Shown: in pieces, positions 11,063-20,834 of the stretch
Layout of the letters: each line of letters begins with the position of its first letter
Numbering within the stretch: position 1 is the first letter of the stretch
NCBI GenBank assembly: GCA_963814245.1
Contig: CAWFBY010000009.1
Span: forward strand, 13,636-77,635
From: an uncultured Actinomycetota bacterium
GTDB lineage: Bacteria; Actinomycetota; Actinomycetes; Propionibacteriales; Nocardioidaceae
Direction of reading: 5' to 3'
DNA length: 64,000 nt
Made by a program: the position numbers and the translations under genes
Notes under the pieces: model-generated
The model's input: the letters and a program-made list of their open reading frames with translations, nothing else
Database searches by the model: none
Told to the model about the DNA's origin: nothing

Positions 11063-11428
11063 ATGGGGCTTTTTGATCGTTTCTCGCGGAGTACGCGACG
11101 TGGCATGCGACGACCGGCGGGAAACCGCGTTCGCACGGGGTCGACCACGGTGCGCGCCGCGGCGCCTGCCGACGAGGAACACCTTCAGTCGTTCATGACC
11201 ACCCGGCGCGGAGTGGAGGGGTTCGTCGAACCGCGCACCGCGGTCAGCGACGTGACGCTGCTGCTCGTCGCCCACGATGGCGAGTGGACCCGGCGGCGGG
11301 TGCCGTCGGTGCAGTGGGCCCACGATCTCTGCAACACCCACCTGGTGCCGTCGTACGACGCCGCCGTCGTCGGCATTCCGCAGCGCATGCGGGACTACAA
11401 CCGTCGCCGGCGCGCCGGCGGGCTCTAA
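11063..11428 (+). CDS. Conserved actinobacterial hypothetical protein
   Basis: MGLFDRF...GVEGFVEPRTAVSDVTLLLVAHDGEWTRRR...YDAAVVGIPQRMRDYN; leaderless-type CACACT-n6-ATG. Confidence 0.75.
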   Translation: MGLFDRFSRSTRRGMRRPAGNRVRTGSTTVRAAAPADEEHLQSFMTTRRGVEGFVEPRTAVSDVTLLLVAHDGEWTRRRVPSVQWAHDLCNTHLVPSYDAAVVGIPQRMRDYNRRRRAGGL

Positions 11429-12930
11429 CTCAGGGCTCGGGCGTAGTCGACGAGCGTGGCGACCGCAAAGCCGGTGCCGCCCGGGGTGAGATAGCCCGTT
11501 GCGCCACCGGTGTTGAAAGCGGGGCCGGCAATATCGAGGTGCGCCCAAGGGACTTCGCCGGTGAATTCGCGCAAAAACGCCGCGGCATAGAGCCCGCCAC
11601 CCCAGCGCACCCAATCGTGTTGGAGGAGATCGGCAATCTTGCTGGCGCGCACGCGTTCGACCATGTCGTCGGGAATCGGCATCGGCCATAGCGCCTCGCC
11701 GGAGGTGACACCCGCGGCCAAGACCTGATCGACCACGTCTTCGCTGCCCATCACCCCTGCGACACGGTCACCCAGCGCGAGCACCATGTGGCCCGTCAGA
11801 GTGGCGACGTCGATCACCACGTCGGGCTTGGCTTCGACCGCGCGGCCCAACGCATCGGCGAGCACGAGCCGCCCTTCGGCGTCGGTGTTGAGCACCTCGA
11901 CGGTGCGCCCGCCGTACATCCGCAAGACGTCCCCGGGGCGGGTGGCCGCACCCGAGACCATGTTTTCGGCGAGCGGCGCAAAGGTGGACACCTTGATCGG
12001 CAGCCCGAGTTGGGCGATCGCGATGGTTGCCCAGATGACGGCCGCGGCACCGGCCATGTCGCACTTCATGGTTTCCATGCCCTGGCCCGGCTTGATGGTC
12101 AGACCGCCCGAGTCGAAGGTGATCCCCTTGCCGACGAGAGCGATGTGCGTCGTGGCGCCGCGCGGGGCATAGGTGAGCTCCACCAACCGGGGAGGTGCCG
12201 AAGATCCGGCGCCGACCCCGAGGATGCCGCCACAACCCAACTCGGCCAAGGCGTCTTCGTCGTGGATGCGCAACGTCAGCTTGGGAGCGCCGCGCCCCTT
12301 GGTCGTCGCCTTGTGGAGGGCGGCGACGGCGTCCGCGAACACCGGCGGGGTCAAATCGCCCGGAGGGGTGTTCACCCAGTCGCGGGTGCCGGCGACCGCC
12401 GCTGCGACGACCCGCGCTTCGTCGAACGCCGCGCTCGCCGCCCCCTGGCGGGAGATCTCGCTCAGCACCGAGACGCTGACGGGGGCCGCCTTCGTGGACG
12501 CCGTGTCCTGCTTGTAGTCAGTGAACGTGTAGCCACCGAGAAGCCACCCCTCGATCACCGCGCGGATCAACTCGGGTGAATCGGCAGGCAAGGCGAGCGC
12601 CACCGATGCGGAGTTGGTCAGGGATCGCGCGGCGACTCCGGCGGCGCGACGCACCGTGGTGGTGTCCACCTCCGCACCCTCACCGAGGCCGACGAACGTG
12701 ACCAGTCCGGCACTCACGACCTTGTTGCTGGGGACTCGGGTCACTTCCCCCGATTTGCCCGTGACTCCCAGATTGGCCAGCAAAGGACGCAACTCGCGAC
12801 CATAGGCCGCGGCGACCTCCTCGGCTCCCGGAGCCAGGGCCGGGCCCTTCTTCGTCTGGATCACGCCCACGACCAACACGTCCGTGCGGGTCTTGGCGGG
12901 ATTGGCGCTGCGCAGGGTGTAGGTCGTCAC
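11425..12930 (-). CDS. pepA: Leucyl aminopeptidase (M17)
   Basis: LVGKGITFDSGG, MKCDMAGAA, NTDAEGRL, ATLTG, AHLDIAG. Confidence 0.96.
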   Translation of the reverse strand: MTTYTLRSANPAKTRTDVLVVGVIQTKKGPALAPGAEEVAAAYGRELRPLLANLGVTGKSGEVTRVPSNKVVSAGLVTFVGLGEGAEVDTTTVRRAAGVAARSLTNSASVALALPADSPELIRAVIEGWLLGGYTFTDYKQDTASTKAAPVSVSVLSEISRQGAASAAFDEARVVAAAVAGTRDWVNTPPGDLTPPVFADAVAALHKATTKGRGAPKLTLRIHDEDALAELGCGGILGVGAGSSAPPRLVELTYAPRGATTHIALVGKGITFDSGGLTIKPGQGMETMKCDMAGAAAVIWATIAIAQLGLPIKVSTFAPLAENMVSGAATRPGDVLRMYGGRTVEVLNTDAEGRLVLADALGRAVEAKPDVVIDVATLTGHMVLALGDRVAGVMGSEDVVDQVLAAGVTSGEALWPMPIPDDMVERVRASKIADLLQHDWVRWGGGLYAAAFLREFTGEVPWAHLDIAGPAFNTGGATGYLTPGGTGFAVATLVDYARALS

Positions 12931-12992
12931 TCGCGCAGGATAGCCGGAGGCGGTCGCCGGATTTTGGCCTGACCTGCGGTAACTTCGGGCGC

Positions 12993-14120
12993 ATGGTTGA
13001 CGTTTCGCAACTCTTGCAGTCCCCGCTTCACGATCGCCACGAGGCGCTCGGTGCCAAGTTTGCCGAGTTTGGCGGCTGGACGATGCCTCTGGAATACCCC
13101 ACTGGGGTGGTCAAGGAACACACGGCTGTGCGCGAGGCAGTCGGCATCTTCGATGTGAGTCATCTGGGCAAGGCACTGGTCCACGGCCCCGGCGCTGCGG
13201 CGTACGTCAATGCCACGCTCACCAACGACCTGAGCAAGATCGGCCACGGGCGGGCGCAATACACGCTGTGTTGCGACGAGACCACGGGCGGCATCGTCGA
13301 CGACCTGATCGCCTACCTCCACAACGACTCCCACGTCCTGCTGGTGCCCAACGCCGCCAACACCGCTGAAGTGGTGCGCCGGCTCGCCGAGCGTGCTCCC
13401 GAGGACGTGCACGTGCGCAACCTGCACAGCGAGTACGCCGTGCTCGCGGTGCAGGGCACCAAGTCCGACGAGGTGCTGGCCAAGGTCGGGTTGCCCTATG
13501 GCCACGGCTACATGTCCTTCGTCGAGGCCGAGTTGGAGGGCGAGGAGTTTGGCAAGTGGGGCGGCGTCGTCGTGTGTCGCACCGGCTACACCGGCGAGCG
13601 CGGCTATGAGTTGATCGCCAAGAACGAAGTCGCCCCGGCATTGTGGGACGCGCTCCTCGAAGCGGGCGCGGAGTTCGGCATGCTGGCCTGTGGACTGGGC
13701 GCTCGCGACACGCTGCGCACCGAGATGGGCTATCCACTGCACGGACAGGACATCTCCCTGGACGTGACCCCCAATCAGGGCAACCTGGGCTGGGCCGTGG
13801 GCTGGTCCAAGCCGACGTTTTGGGGCAAGGACGCGTTGGTCGCCGAAAAGGAGGCCGGACCCAAGCGCACGCTGCGGGGGCTGGTCGCCACCGGCCGAGG
13901 CATTCCGCGACCCGGCATGGGAGTCACGTTGGTTCAGGACGTGCCGTTGTGCGACATCACTTCGGGGACGTTCTCGCCCACGTTGAAGAAGGGGATCGGG
14001 CTCGCGTTGGTGCCGACGTTTGTGCACCCAGAAGCCGAGTTGGGGGTGGACGTGCGCGGCCGGCGCGAGATCTTCGCGTGCGTGAAGCCGCCGTTTGTCG
14101 ACACCTCGGTGCGGGAATAG
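12993..14120 (+). CDS. gcvT: Glycine cleavage system aminomethyltransferase T
   Basis: FGGWTMPLEY, GIFDVSHLG, RTGYTGERGYE, GLGARDTLRTEMGYPLHG. Confidence 0.96.
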   Translation: MVDVSQLLQSPLHDRHEALGAKFAEFGGWTMPLEYPTGVVKEHTAVREAVGIFDVSHLGKALVHGPGAAAYVNATLTNDLSKIGHGRAQYTLCCDETTGGIVDDLIAYLHNDSHVLLVPNAANTAEVVRRLAERAPEDVHVRNLHSEYAVLAVQGTKSDEVLAKVGLPYGHGYMSFVEAELEGEEFGKWGGVVVCRTGYTGERGYELIAKNEVAPALWDALLEAGAEFGMLACGLGARDTLRTEMGYPLHGQDISLDVTPNQGNLGWAVGWSKPTFWGKDALVAEKEAGPKRTLRGLVATGRGIPRPGMGVTLVQDVPLCDITSGTFSPTLKKGIGLALVPTFVHPEAELGVDVRGRREIFACVKPPFVDTSVRE

Positions 14121-14139
14121 TGAAGGGCGGCGGAGGTTC

Positions 14140-14397
14140 GTGAACCTGCCCCAAGAACCCGCGACCTTTCGGCCCGCGACTCCCGAAGTGCGCACCTGGT
14201 GGTGGCGCCTCGAGTCGGCCGCGGGAGCGGTCGTCGAGGTGGTCGAGGAGTACGCCGCGCAGCGCTTCCCGAGTCAGGCCGATGCCGAGTCGTGGATCGG
14301 CGAAGTGTGGGCCGAGCTCTCGAGTTTCGGGGTCGATGCGGTGACCCTGTTCGAGGAGGAGCGCGAGGTCTACGGACCGATGTCGCTGCACCCCTGA
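14140..14397 (+). CDS. Small conserved hypothetical protein
   Basis: WWWRLE...FPSQADAESWIGEVWAEL...GVDAVTLFEEEREVYGPMSL; GTG start after GGAGG. Confidence 0.7.
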   Translation: MNLPQEPATFRPATPEVRTWWWRLESAAGAVVEVVEEYAAQRFPSQADAESWIGEVWAELSSFGVDAVTLFEEEREVYGPMSLHP

Positions 14398-14401
14398 GGA
14401 G

Positions 14402-15238
14402 ATGAGTTCGCTGTCGAGATTCACCCAGGTCGACGTCTTCACCGCGCAGCGATATCGCGGCAACCCGCTCGCTGTGGTGCACGACGCCCAGGACTGGACC
14501 GAGCAGGAGATGGCGCGATTCTCGGACTGGACCAACCTTTCCGAGACGACGTTTCTGCTGCCGCCCACGACGCCCGAGGCGGACTATCGCGTACGGATCT
14601 GGTCACGCAGCCGCGAGTTGCCGTTCGCCGGACATCCCACGTTGGGCAGCGCCCATGCCTGGCTCGAGGCGGGCGGTCAGCCGCAACGCGAGGGACGGGT
14701 GATCCAAGAGTGTGGTGCCGGCCTCGTGGAATTGCGGCGTACGCCGCGGCTCGCGTTCGCCGCTCCGCCCCTGCTGCGATCTGGTGCGGTGGACCCCGAA
14801 ACCCGGCTCCAGGTGGCGGCGGCGCTGAACACCGATCCGGCCGAATTCCTGGCCATCGAATGGATCGACAACGGCCCTGGTTGGATCGGCGTGTTGTTGC
14901 GCGACGCGGCTCGGGTCTTGGCGCTGGAGCCCAACTATCTGGCCTTTGCCGGCCTCGACATCGGCGCCGTAGGCCGACACGACGACCCCATCTCGGCGGG
15001 AGCAGACGTCGAAGTGCGCGGCTTCGACGCGACCATCGGCGAAGATCCCGTGACGGGCTCGCTCAACGCCTCCCTCGGGCAGTGGCTGACCGGCACGGGC
15101 GTGCTGCCCGCGTCATACGTTGCCTCGCAAGGCACCCGATTGGGCAGGGCCGGGCGCGTCCACATCGACCGTGAGGGAGAGACCGTGTGGGTCGGCGGAG
15201 ACGTGCTCACGTGCGTTCGCGGCGAGGTGCATGGCTGA
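14402..15238 (+). CDS. PhzF family epimerase/isomerase
   Basis: QVDVFT...[32 protein letters not shown]. Confidence 0.92.
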   Translation: MSSLSRFTQVDVFTAQRYRGNPLAVVHDAQDWTEQEMARFSDWTNLSETTFLLPPTTPEADYRVRIWSRSRELPFAGHPTLGSAHAWLEAGGQPQREGRVIQECGAGLVELRRTPRLAFAAPPLLRSGAVDPETRLQVAAALNTDPAEFLAIEWIDNGPGWIGVLLRDAARVLALEPNYLAFAGLDIGAVGRHDDPISAGADVEVRGFDATIGEDPVTGSLNASLGQWLTGTGVLPASYVASQGTRLGRAGRVHIDREGETVWVGGDVLTCVRGEVHG

Positions 15239-15267
15239 CGGAGGAGAGCGGGAGTAGGGTCGGTCTG

Positions 15268-16062
15268 GTGCAGCAGTACCTCGATCTCCTCACCCACATC
15301 CTCGACGAAGGCACCGAAAAGGGTGACCGCACCGGCACCGGGACGCTCAGCGTTTTCGGACACCAGATGCGCTTCGACCTCGAGGCGGGCTTCCCGCTCG
15401 TGACGACCAAGAAGATCCACACGCGATCGGTGTTCGCCGAGTTGTTGTGGTTCCTGCGCGGCGACACCAACGTGAAGTGGCTCCAAGATCGCGGGGTCAC
15501 CATCTGGGACGAATGGGCAGACGCCGATGGCGATCTGGGACCGGTCTATGGCTATCAGTGGCGCTCCTGGCCCACCCCCGATGGGTCGCACATCGACCAG
15601 ATCGCGCAGGTTGTCGAGCAGTTGCGCCGTGACCCCAACTCTCGTCGCCACCTGGTGTCGGCGTGGAACGTGGCCGACATCCCCCAGATGGCGCTGGCTC
15701 CGTGTCACGCGTTCTTCCAGTTCTATGTGGCCGACGGCAAACTGTCGTGCCAGCTCTACCAGCGCAGCGCCGATGTCTTCCTGGGCGTGCCCTTCAACAT
15801 CGCGTCCTATGCCCTGCTGACCCACATGGTCGCGCAGGTGACGGGGCTGGGCGTCGGCGACTTCGTGCACACCTTGGGCGATGCCCACCTCTACCTCAAT
15901 CACCTGGATCAGGCGCGCCTTCAACTGACTCGTGAGCCGCTGGTGCTGCCCACGCTGCGGCTGGATCCCAGCGTTGACCAGCTCGACGCGTTCGACCTCG
16001 AACACATCGAGCTGGTGGGCTACGACCCCCTCCCGGGCATCAAAGCGCCCATCGCCATATGA
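15268..16062 (+). CDS. thyA: Thymidylate synthase
   Basis: MQQYLDLL...[28 protein letters not shown]; 264 aa from GTG at 15268. Confidence 0.97.
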   Translation: MQQYLDLLTHILDEGTEKGDRTGTGTLSVFGHQMRFDLEAGFPLVTTKKIHTRSVFAELLWFLRGDTNVKWLQDRGVTIWDEWADADGDLGPVYGYQWRSWPTPDGSHIDQIAQVVEQLRRDPNSRRHLVSAWNVADIPQMALAPCHAFFQFYVADGKLSCQLYQRSADVFLGVPFNIASYALLTHMVAQVTGLGVGDFVHTLGDAHLYLNHLDQARLQLTREPLVLPTLRLDPSVDQLDAFDLEHIELVGYDPLPGIKAPIAI

Positions 16063-16556
16063 CCGCAGGGCCCGCCGGGGGGAAGCGGGTGGTGCTTGTC
16101 GCGGCGTACGCCGCTCATCGGGTGATCGGCAACGCCGGCGACATCCCGTGGCGGATCCCGGAAGACTTCGCCCACTTCAAGGCGACCACCCTGGGGCACA
16201 CCCTGATCATGGGGCGTGCGACCTATGACTCGATCGGTCGGCCGTTGCCTGGCCGCACCACGATCGTGGTGACCCGCGACCCGACCTGGGCGGCGGAGGG
16301 CGTCTTGGTGGCGCATTCGATGGAGGAGGCGCTCGCGATGGCGACGCTTCTGCCGGGGGATGTGATGGTCGCGGGCGGTGCCCAGATCTACGCGTTGGCG
16401 CTGCCTTATGCGACGCATCAGGTGTTGACCGAGGTGGCGCTCGAGGTCGAGGGCGACACCTTCTACCCTGAGTGGGACCCCGCCGGCTGGGTGGAGACAG
16501 CCCGCGAAGACCACGGGGGCTATGCGTTCGTCACGTGGGAGCGGATCCCATGCTGA
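16059..16556 (+). CDS. folA: Dihydrofolate reductase
   Basis: [43 protein letters not shown]; overlaps the thyA stop. Confidence 0.95.
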   Translation: MTAGPAGGKRVVLVAAYAAHRVIGNAGDIPWRIPEDFAHFKATTLGHTLIMGRATYDSIGRPLPGRTTIVVTRDPTWAAEGVLVAHSMEEALAMATLLPGDVMVAGGAQIYALALPYATHQVLTEVALEVEGDTFYPEWDPAGWVETAREDHGGYAFVTWERIPC

Positions 16557-16900
16557 TCCAGGTCGACGCGACGCTGCCGGATCCGCCCTACGACCAGATC
16601 AAGACTCAGATCGCCGGGCTCGTGGCCAGCGGCGAGCTCACGCCCGGCGACAGGCTGCCGACGGTGCGTCGCCTGGCCGCCGACCTGGGGCTGGCACCGA
16701 ACACCGTCGCGCGGGCCTACCGCGAGCTCGAATTGACGGGCGTGATTGACACCCGCGGCCGAGCCGGCACGTTTGTCAGCGGCAACCAGGTCGATCGGGC
16801 CGCCCGAGAAGCTGCGTCGGAATATGCCCGGCAGGCGACGGCACTGGGACTCTCCACAGCGGAGGCGCTGGCCCTGGTCGAGCGCAGCCTCACCACCTAG
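16550..16900 (+). CDS. GntR family regulator (short YtrA-like)
   Basis: PPYDQIKTQI...GDRLPTVRRLAADLGLAPNTVARAYRELE; 116 aa. Confidence 0.92.
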   Translation: MLIQVDATLPDPPYDQIKTQIAGLVASGELTPGDRLPTVRRLAADLGLAPNTVARAYRELELTGVIDTRGRAGTFVSGNQVDRAAREAASEYARQATALGLSTAEALALVERSLTT

Positions 16901-18105
16901 TCGCCGCCCGCGGTCATCACGCCGTCGGTTTGAGCGCGGGAGGCCGCCAACTCGGCACGGGTCGCGCCGTTCAGGTCGCCGCGACCCAACGCGCGGCGTA
17001 CGTCATAAACCTTGAACTCACCGGCGGAATCGCTGTAGTCGATGTAGGTCGGGGCATACGTCGGCCGGCCGATCCGCACCGGCCCGTCACCCCGCTGCCG
17101 CAGCGTGAACTTTCCAATGATGCCGCTTTCGACGCCGGGAGCGGTGGTGCCTTGACCCGCGAGCAGGTTGCCTAGCCCGAAGATCACCCAGGTCCCGTTG
17201 ATCTTGCGGATGGGCTGGACGACATGGGCGTGGTGGCCATAAACCAACGAAACGTCCGTCCCGCGGGTGAGTCGCTTGGCAATGTCGAGCTGATAGGCAC
17301 TGGGGTCGTGGGCATATTCGTCGCCCCAATGTAGGGCCACGATGACGGCGTCTGCGCCGGCGCGGCGGGCGTCCCGGGCAGCGCTGCGGATCCGCGGCAC
17401 ATCGATCAGATTGACCGACCAGGGTTTGTCGGCGTCGACCGGCATCCCGTTCGTGCCGTAGGTGTAGGACAGCCAGGCGATCCGCATCCCCGACTGTGCG
17501 AAGACCACGGGCGCAGGGTCCGGTGAACTCGCGGTGCCGGTGTGTTTGAGGCCCGCCTCATCGAGCGCGGCCACCGTCCGCTTCACCCCCAGGAAACCCT
17601 GGTCCACGCTGTGGTTGGACGCGGTCGAGCAGGCGTCGTACCCCACCCAACGCAACGCGTCGACGACCTGTGGGGGTGCGGAAAACAAGGGATAGCTGGA
17701 AAAGGGACCCGGGCGCGGCGCCAAGGGCACCTCCAAGTGGCAGATCGCGAGATCGGCAGCCGAGATCCGCGGCCGCAGATCGCTCAGCATCGGCCGGAAG
17801 TCGAACCCGGGCTGGGTGCCCGTGGCCGCGCGGGCGGCGGAATTCCATACGTTGTCGTGGATGAGTACGTCGCCGCTCACGGCGATCGACACGGTGCGGA
17901 CCGGTGCCGGCTGGGGGCGGGTTTCCGGGGGTTGGCTGGGGTCGGGTGATGGGTCCGGTTCGGGGTGTGGCTGGGCCACGTTGGCTGGCGACTGGGGGCC
18001 GGCGGGCTCCTCGGCGCCCGAGGTGATGGAGAGGCCGGGGGAGTGCCACAGCGGCGGCAAGCACGCGAGCGTCGCCAAGGCGAGGTTGCGCGCGTACTTG
18101 TGCAT
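16897..18105 (-). CDS. CapA/PGA_cap family metallophosphoesterase-fold protein, probably exported
   Basis: SGDVLIH, CHLE, ASNHSVDQG, ALHWGDEY, YGHHAHV, GLGN after a Pro-rich N-terminal linker. Confidence 0.88.
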   Translation of the reverse strand: MHKYARNLALATLACLPPLWHSPGLSITSGAEEPAGPQSPANVAQPHPEPDPSPDPSQPPETRPQPAPVRTVSIAVSGDVLIHDNVWNSAARAATGTQPGFDFRPMLSDLRPRISAADLAICHLEVPLAPRPGPFSSYPLFSAPPQVVDALRWVGYDACSTASNHSVDQGFLGVKRTVAALDEAGLKHTGTASSPDPAPVVFAQSGMRIAWLSYTYGTNGMPVDADKPWSVNLIDVPRIRSAARDARRAGADAVIVALHWGDEYAHDPSAYQLDIAKRLTRGTDVSLVYGHHAHVVQPIRKINGTWVIFGLGNLLAGQGTTAPGVESGIIGKFTLRQRGDGPVRIGRPTYAPTYIDYSDSAGEFKVYDVRRALGRGDLNGATRAELAASRAQTDGVMTAGGD

Positions 18106-18173
18106 GACACCACTCAATCGCAACCGGCCCGCCCGCTGCGCCGCTGGGGTGGATTGCGGCTAGCCTGACACTT

Positions 18174-19073
18174 ATGACCTCCGCACCTCGCGCTCCTTTC
18201 GGGCACGTGCTCACGGCCATGGCGACCGCGTTTCACGATGACGGCAGCGTCGATCCGGTCGGGACCGCTGCGATTGCCGAGCATCTGATTGCCCACGGCC
18301 ACGACGGCGTCGTGGTCTCGGGGACCACCGGTGAATCGCCGACCACGACCGTCGCGGAGGACGGAGTCATCCTGCAGGCGGTGATCGACGCCGTGGGCGA
18401 TCGGGCTCACGTCGTCGCCGGGGTCGGCACCAACGCCACCGCCCACTCGGTCGAGCTCGCACGGCAAGCCGAAAAGCTCGGCGCCGACGGCGTACTCCTG
18501 GTCACGCCCTACTACAACAAGCCATCGCAGGCCGGCGTGCTGCATCACTTCCGCTGTGTGATCGAGGCCTCCGATTTGCCGGTGATGTTGTACGACGTGC
18601 CGGGCCGCACCGGCACCACCATTGCGCCGGACACCTATGCCCGGGCGGCCGAGTCCGAGCGCGTCGTCGCCGTGAAGGATGCCGTCGGCGACTTTGCCCG
18701 CGGCGTACGCATCATGGCGGCCACCGACCTGGCCTTCTATTCCGGCGATGACGCGGCCAACCTCGGGTGGCTGGCCCACGGCGCGTCGGGCGTGGTCTCG
18801 GTCGCCGGTCACGCGTGTGGCGATCACCTCCGCGCGATGGTCGACGCCTTCTTTGCCGGCCGGGCCGATCATGCGCTGACCATCTATCGCGAGATTCTGC
18901 CCGCGATCGACGCGATCATGGACGTGCCCAACTATGGCGCCACCACCGCCAAGGCGGCCCTGCAAATCTTGGGCGTCTTGGACAACCGAAACGTACGAAG
19001 CCCTCTCGTCGCCCTCGATGACGACGAGATGGTGGCGCTCGAGGCCGGCCTGGCCGCAGCGCATCTCATCTGA
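18174..19073 (+). CDS. dapA: 4-hydroxy-tetrahydrodipicolinate synthase
   Basis: SGTTGES, VTPYYNKP, LYDVPGRT, AVKDA, YSGDD. Confidence 0.96.
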   Translation: MTSAPRAPFGHVLTAMATAFHDDGSVDPVGTAAIAEHLIAHGHDGVVVSGTTGESPTTTVAEDGVILQAVIDAVGDRAHVVAGVGTNATAHSVELARQAEKLGADGVLLVTPYYNKPSQAGVLHHFRCVIEASDLPVMLYDVPGRTGTTIAPDTYARAAESERVVAVKDAVGDFARGVRIMAATDLAFYSGDDAANLGWLAHGASGVVSVAGHACGDHLRAMVDAFFAGRADHALTIYREILPAIDAIMDVPNYGATTAKAALQILGVLDNRNVRSPLVALDDDEMVALEAGLAAAHLI

Positions 19074-19085
19074 CAGGAGCACCAC

Positions 19086-20777
19086 TTGAGTCACCCTCAC
19101 CCAGAACTCTCCGCGCCGGCGCCACTGCCGAAGGGGGGTTTGCGGGTCGTAGCGCTCGGGGGACTGGGCGAAGTTGGTCGCAACATGACGGTCTTTGAGT
19201 ACGACGGCCGGTTGCTGATTGTGGACTGCGGCGTGCTGTTCCCGGAGGAGAACCACCCAGGGGTCGATCTGATCCTGCCCGACTTCGAGTCCATCCGAGA
19301 TCGCCTCGACCTGGTCGAGGCCCTCGTGTTGACCCACGGTCACGAGGACCACATCGGAGCCACGCCCTATCTCTTGCGGGAGCGGGGCGACATCCCGTTG
19401 GTCGGATCGAAGCTCACGCTGGCGCTGCTCGGCTCCAAACTGCGCGAACACCGCCTCAAGGAGACCGTGCACCACGTCGTCCAAGAAGGTGATCGGCTGA
19501 CCTTCGGGCCGTTCGAGCTGGAATTTGTCGCGGTCAACCACTCCATCCCCGACGCGTTGGCGGTGGCGATCCGCACGGGAGCCGGCCTGGTGTTGCACAC
19601 CGGCGACTTCAAGATGGACCAGTTGCCGTTGGATGGCCGTGTCACCGATCTGCGCGCCTTCGCCCGGCTCGGGGAGGAAGGCGTCGACCTCTTCCTCACC
19701 GACTCCACCAATGCCGAGGTGCCGGGATTCACCACCCATGAGAAGGACATCTCGCCCGTCCTGGATCGGGTCTTCCATCAGAGCAAGCAGCGCGTCATCG
19801 TGGCCTGCTTCGCCTCACACGTGCACCGGGTCCAGCAGGTCCTGGACGCCGCGGTGGCCCACGGGCGCAAGGTGGGCTACGTCGGCCGCTCGATGGTGCG
19901 CAACATGGCGATCGCCCAGGATCTCGGCTATCTCCATGTGCCGCCCGGGGTCATGGTCGATGCGAAGGATCTCGCCGATCTTGCCCCCGAGAAGCAGGTG
20001 TTGATCTCCACCGGGTCCCAGGGCGAACCGTTGTCCGCGTTGGCGCGGATCGCCCAGCGCAATCACAACTTCGTGCACATCGAAGAGGGCGACACCGTCA
20101 TCTTGGCGTCCTCGCTGATTCCCGGGAACGAGAACGCCGTCTATCGGGTGATCAACGGGCTCGCGCGCTGCGGCGCCAACGTCGTACACAAGGGAAACGC
20201 GCTGGTGCACGTCAGTGGCCACGCCAGCGCCGGTGAGTTGCTCTACTGCTACAACGTGGTGCGGCCGCGCAACGTGCTTCCGGTGCACGGCGAGATCCGC
20301 CACATGCAGGCCAACGCCGCGCTGGCCCGGGCCACCGGCGTCCCGGCCGAGAACGTGATCATCGCGGAGGACGGGTTCGTCGTCGACCTGATCGACGGTC
20401 GCGTGCAGGTGAGCGGCAAGGTCGACTGCGGCTATGTCTTCGTCGACGGAGCCTCGGTCGGTGACATCACCGAGTCGTCGCTCAAGGATCGGCGGATCCT
20501 CGGTGAGGAAGGCTTCATCTCGGTGATCGTGGTGATCGACACCGTGACCGGTCGGGTGGCCGGTGCGCCTGAGATCCATGCCCGAGGCTTTGCCGAAGAC
20601 GACTCGGCCTTCGAGGAGATCAAGCAGCCCATCGTCGACTCGCTCAACGCGCTCCTCAAAGAAGGGGTCGACGACAACTACCAGCTGCAACAGAATCTGC
20701 GGCGCGTGATGGGGCGTTGGGTCAATCGCACCCATCGGCGCCGGCCCATGATCATCCCGGTCGTGGTGGAGGCTTAG
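19086..20777 (+). CDS. rnj: Ribonuclease J
   Basis: LGGLGEVGRNM, THGHEDHIG, HTGDFK, HVSGHA, PVHGE, RPMIIPVVVE. Confidence 0.97.
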   Translation: MSHPHPELSAPAPLPKGGLRVVALGGLGEVGRNMTVFEYDGRLLIVDCGVLFPEENHPGVDLILPDFESIRDRLDLVEALVLTHGHEDHIGATPYLLRERGDIPLVGSKLTLALLGSKLREHRLKETVHHVVQEGDRLTFGPFELEFVAVNHSIPDALAVAIRTGAGLVLHTGDFKMDQLPLDGRVTDLRAFARLGEEGVDLFLTDSTNAEVPGFTTHEKDISPVLDRVFHQSKQRVIVACFASHVHRVQQVLDAAVAHGRKVGYVGRSMVRNMAIAQDLGYLHVPPGVMVDAKDLADLAPEKQVLISTGSQGEPLSALARIAQRNHNFVHIEEGDTVILASSLIPGNENAVYRVINGLARCGANVVHKGNALVHVSGHASAGELLYCYNVVRPRNVLPVHGEIRHMQANAALARATGVPAENVIIAEDGFVVDLIDGRVQVSGKVDCGYVFVDGASVGDITESSLKDRRILGEEGFISVIVVIDTVTGRVAGAPEIHARGFAEDDSAFEEIKQPIVDSLNALLKEGVDDNYQLQQNLRRVMGRWVNRTHRRRPMIIPVVVEA

Positions 20778-20834
20778 CGGCCCGCCTCGTATCCACGTCG
20801 CCCGCGGCGGCTCCTCCAGAACAAGGGAGGAGCC

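Noticed and set aside
12931-12992. Glycine riboswitch upstream of gcvT
   Set aside because: The intergenic gap is only 62 bp and holds two divergent -10 elements; there is no room for aptamers.
14402-15238. Phenazine biosynthesis cluster
   Set aside because: A lone PhzF-family gene with no other phz genes; stand-alone homologues are widespread.
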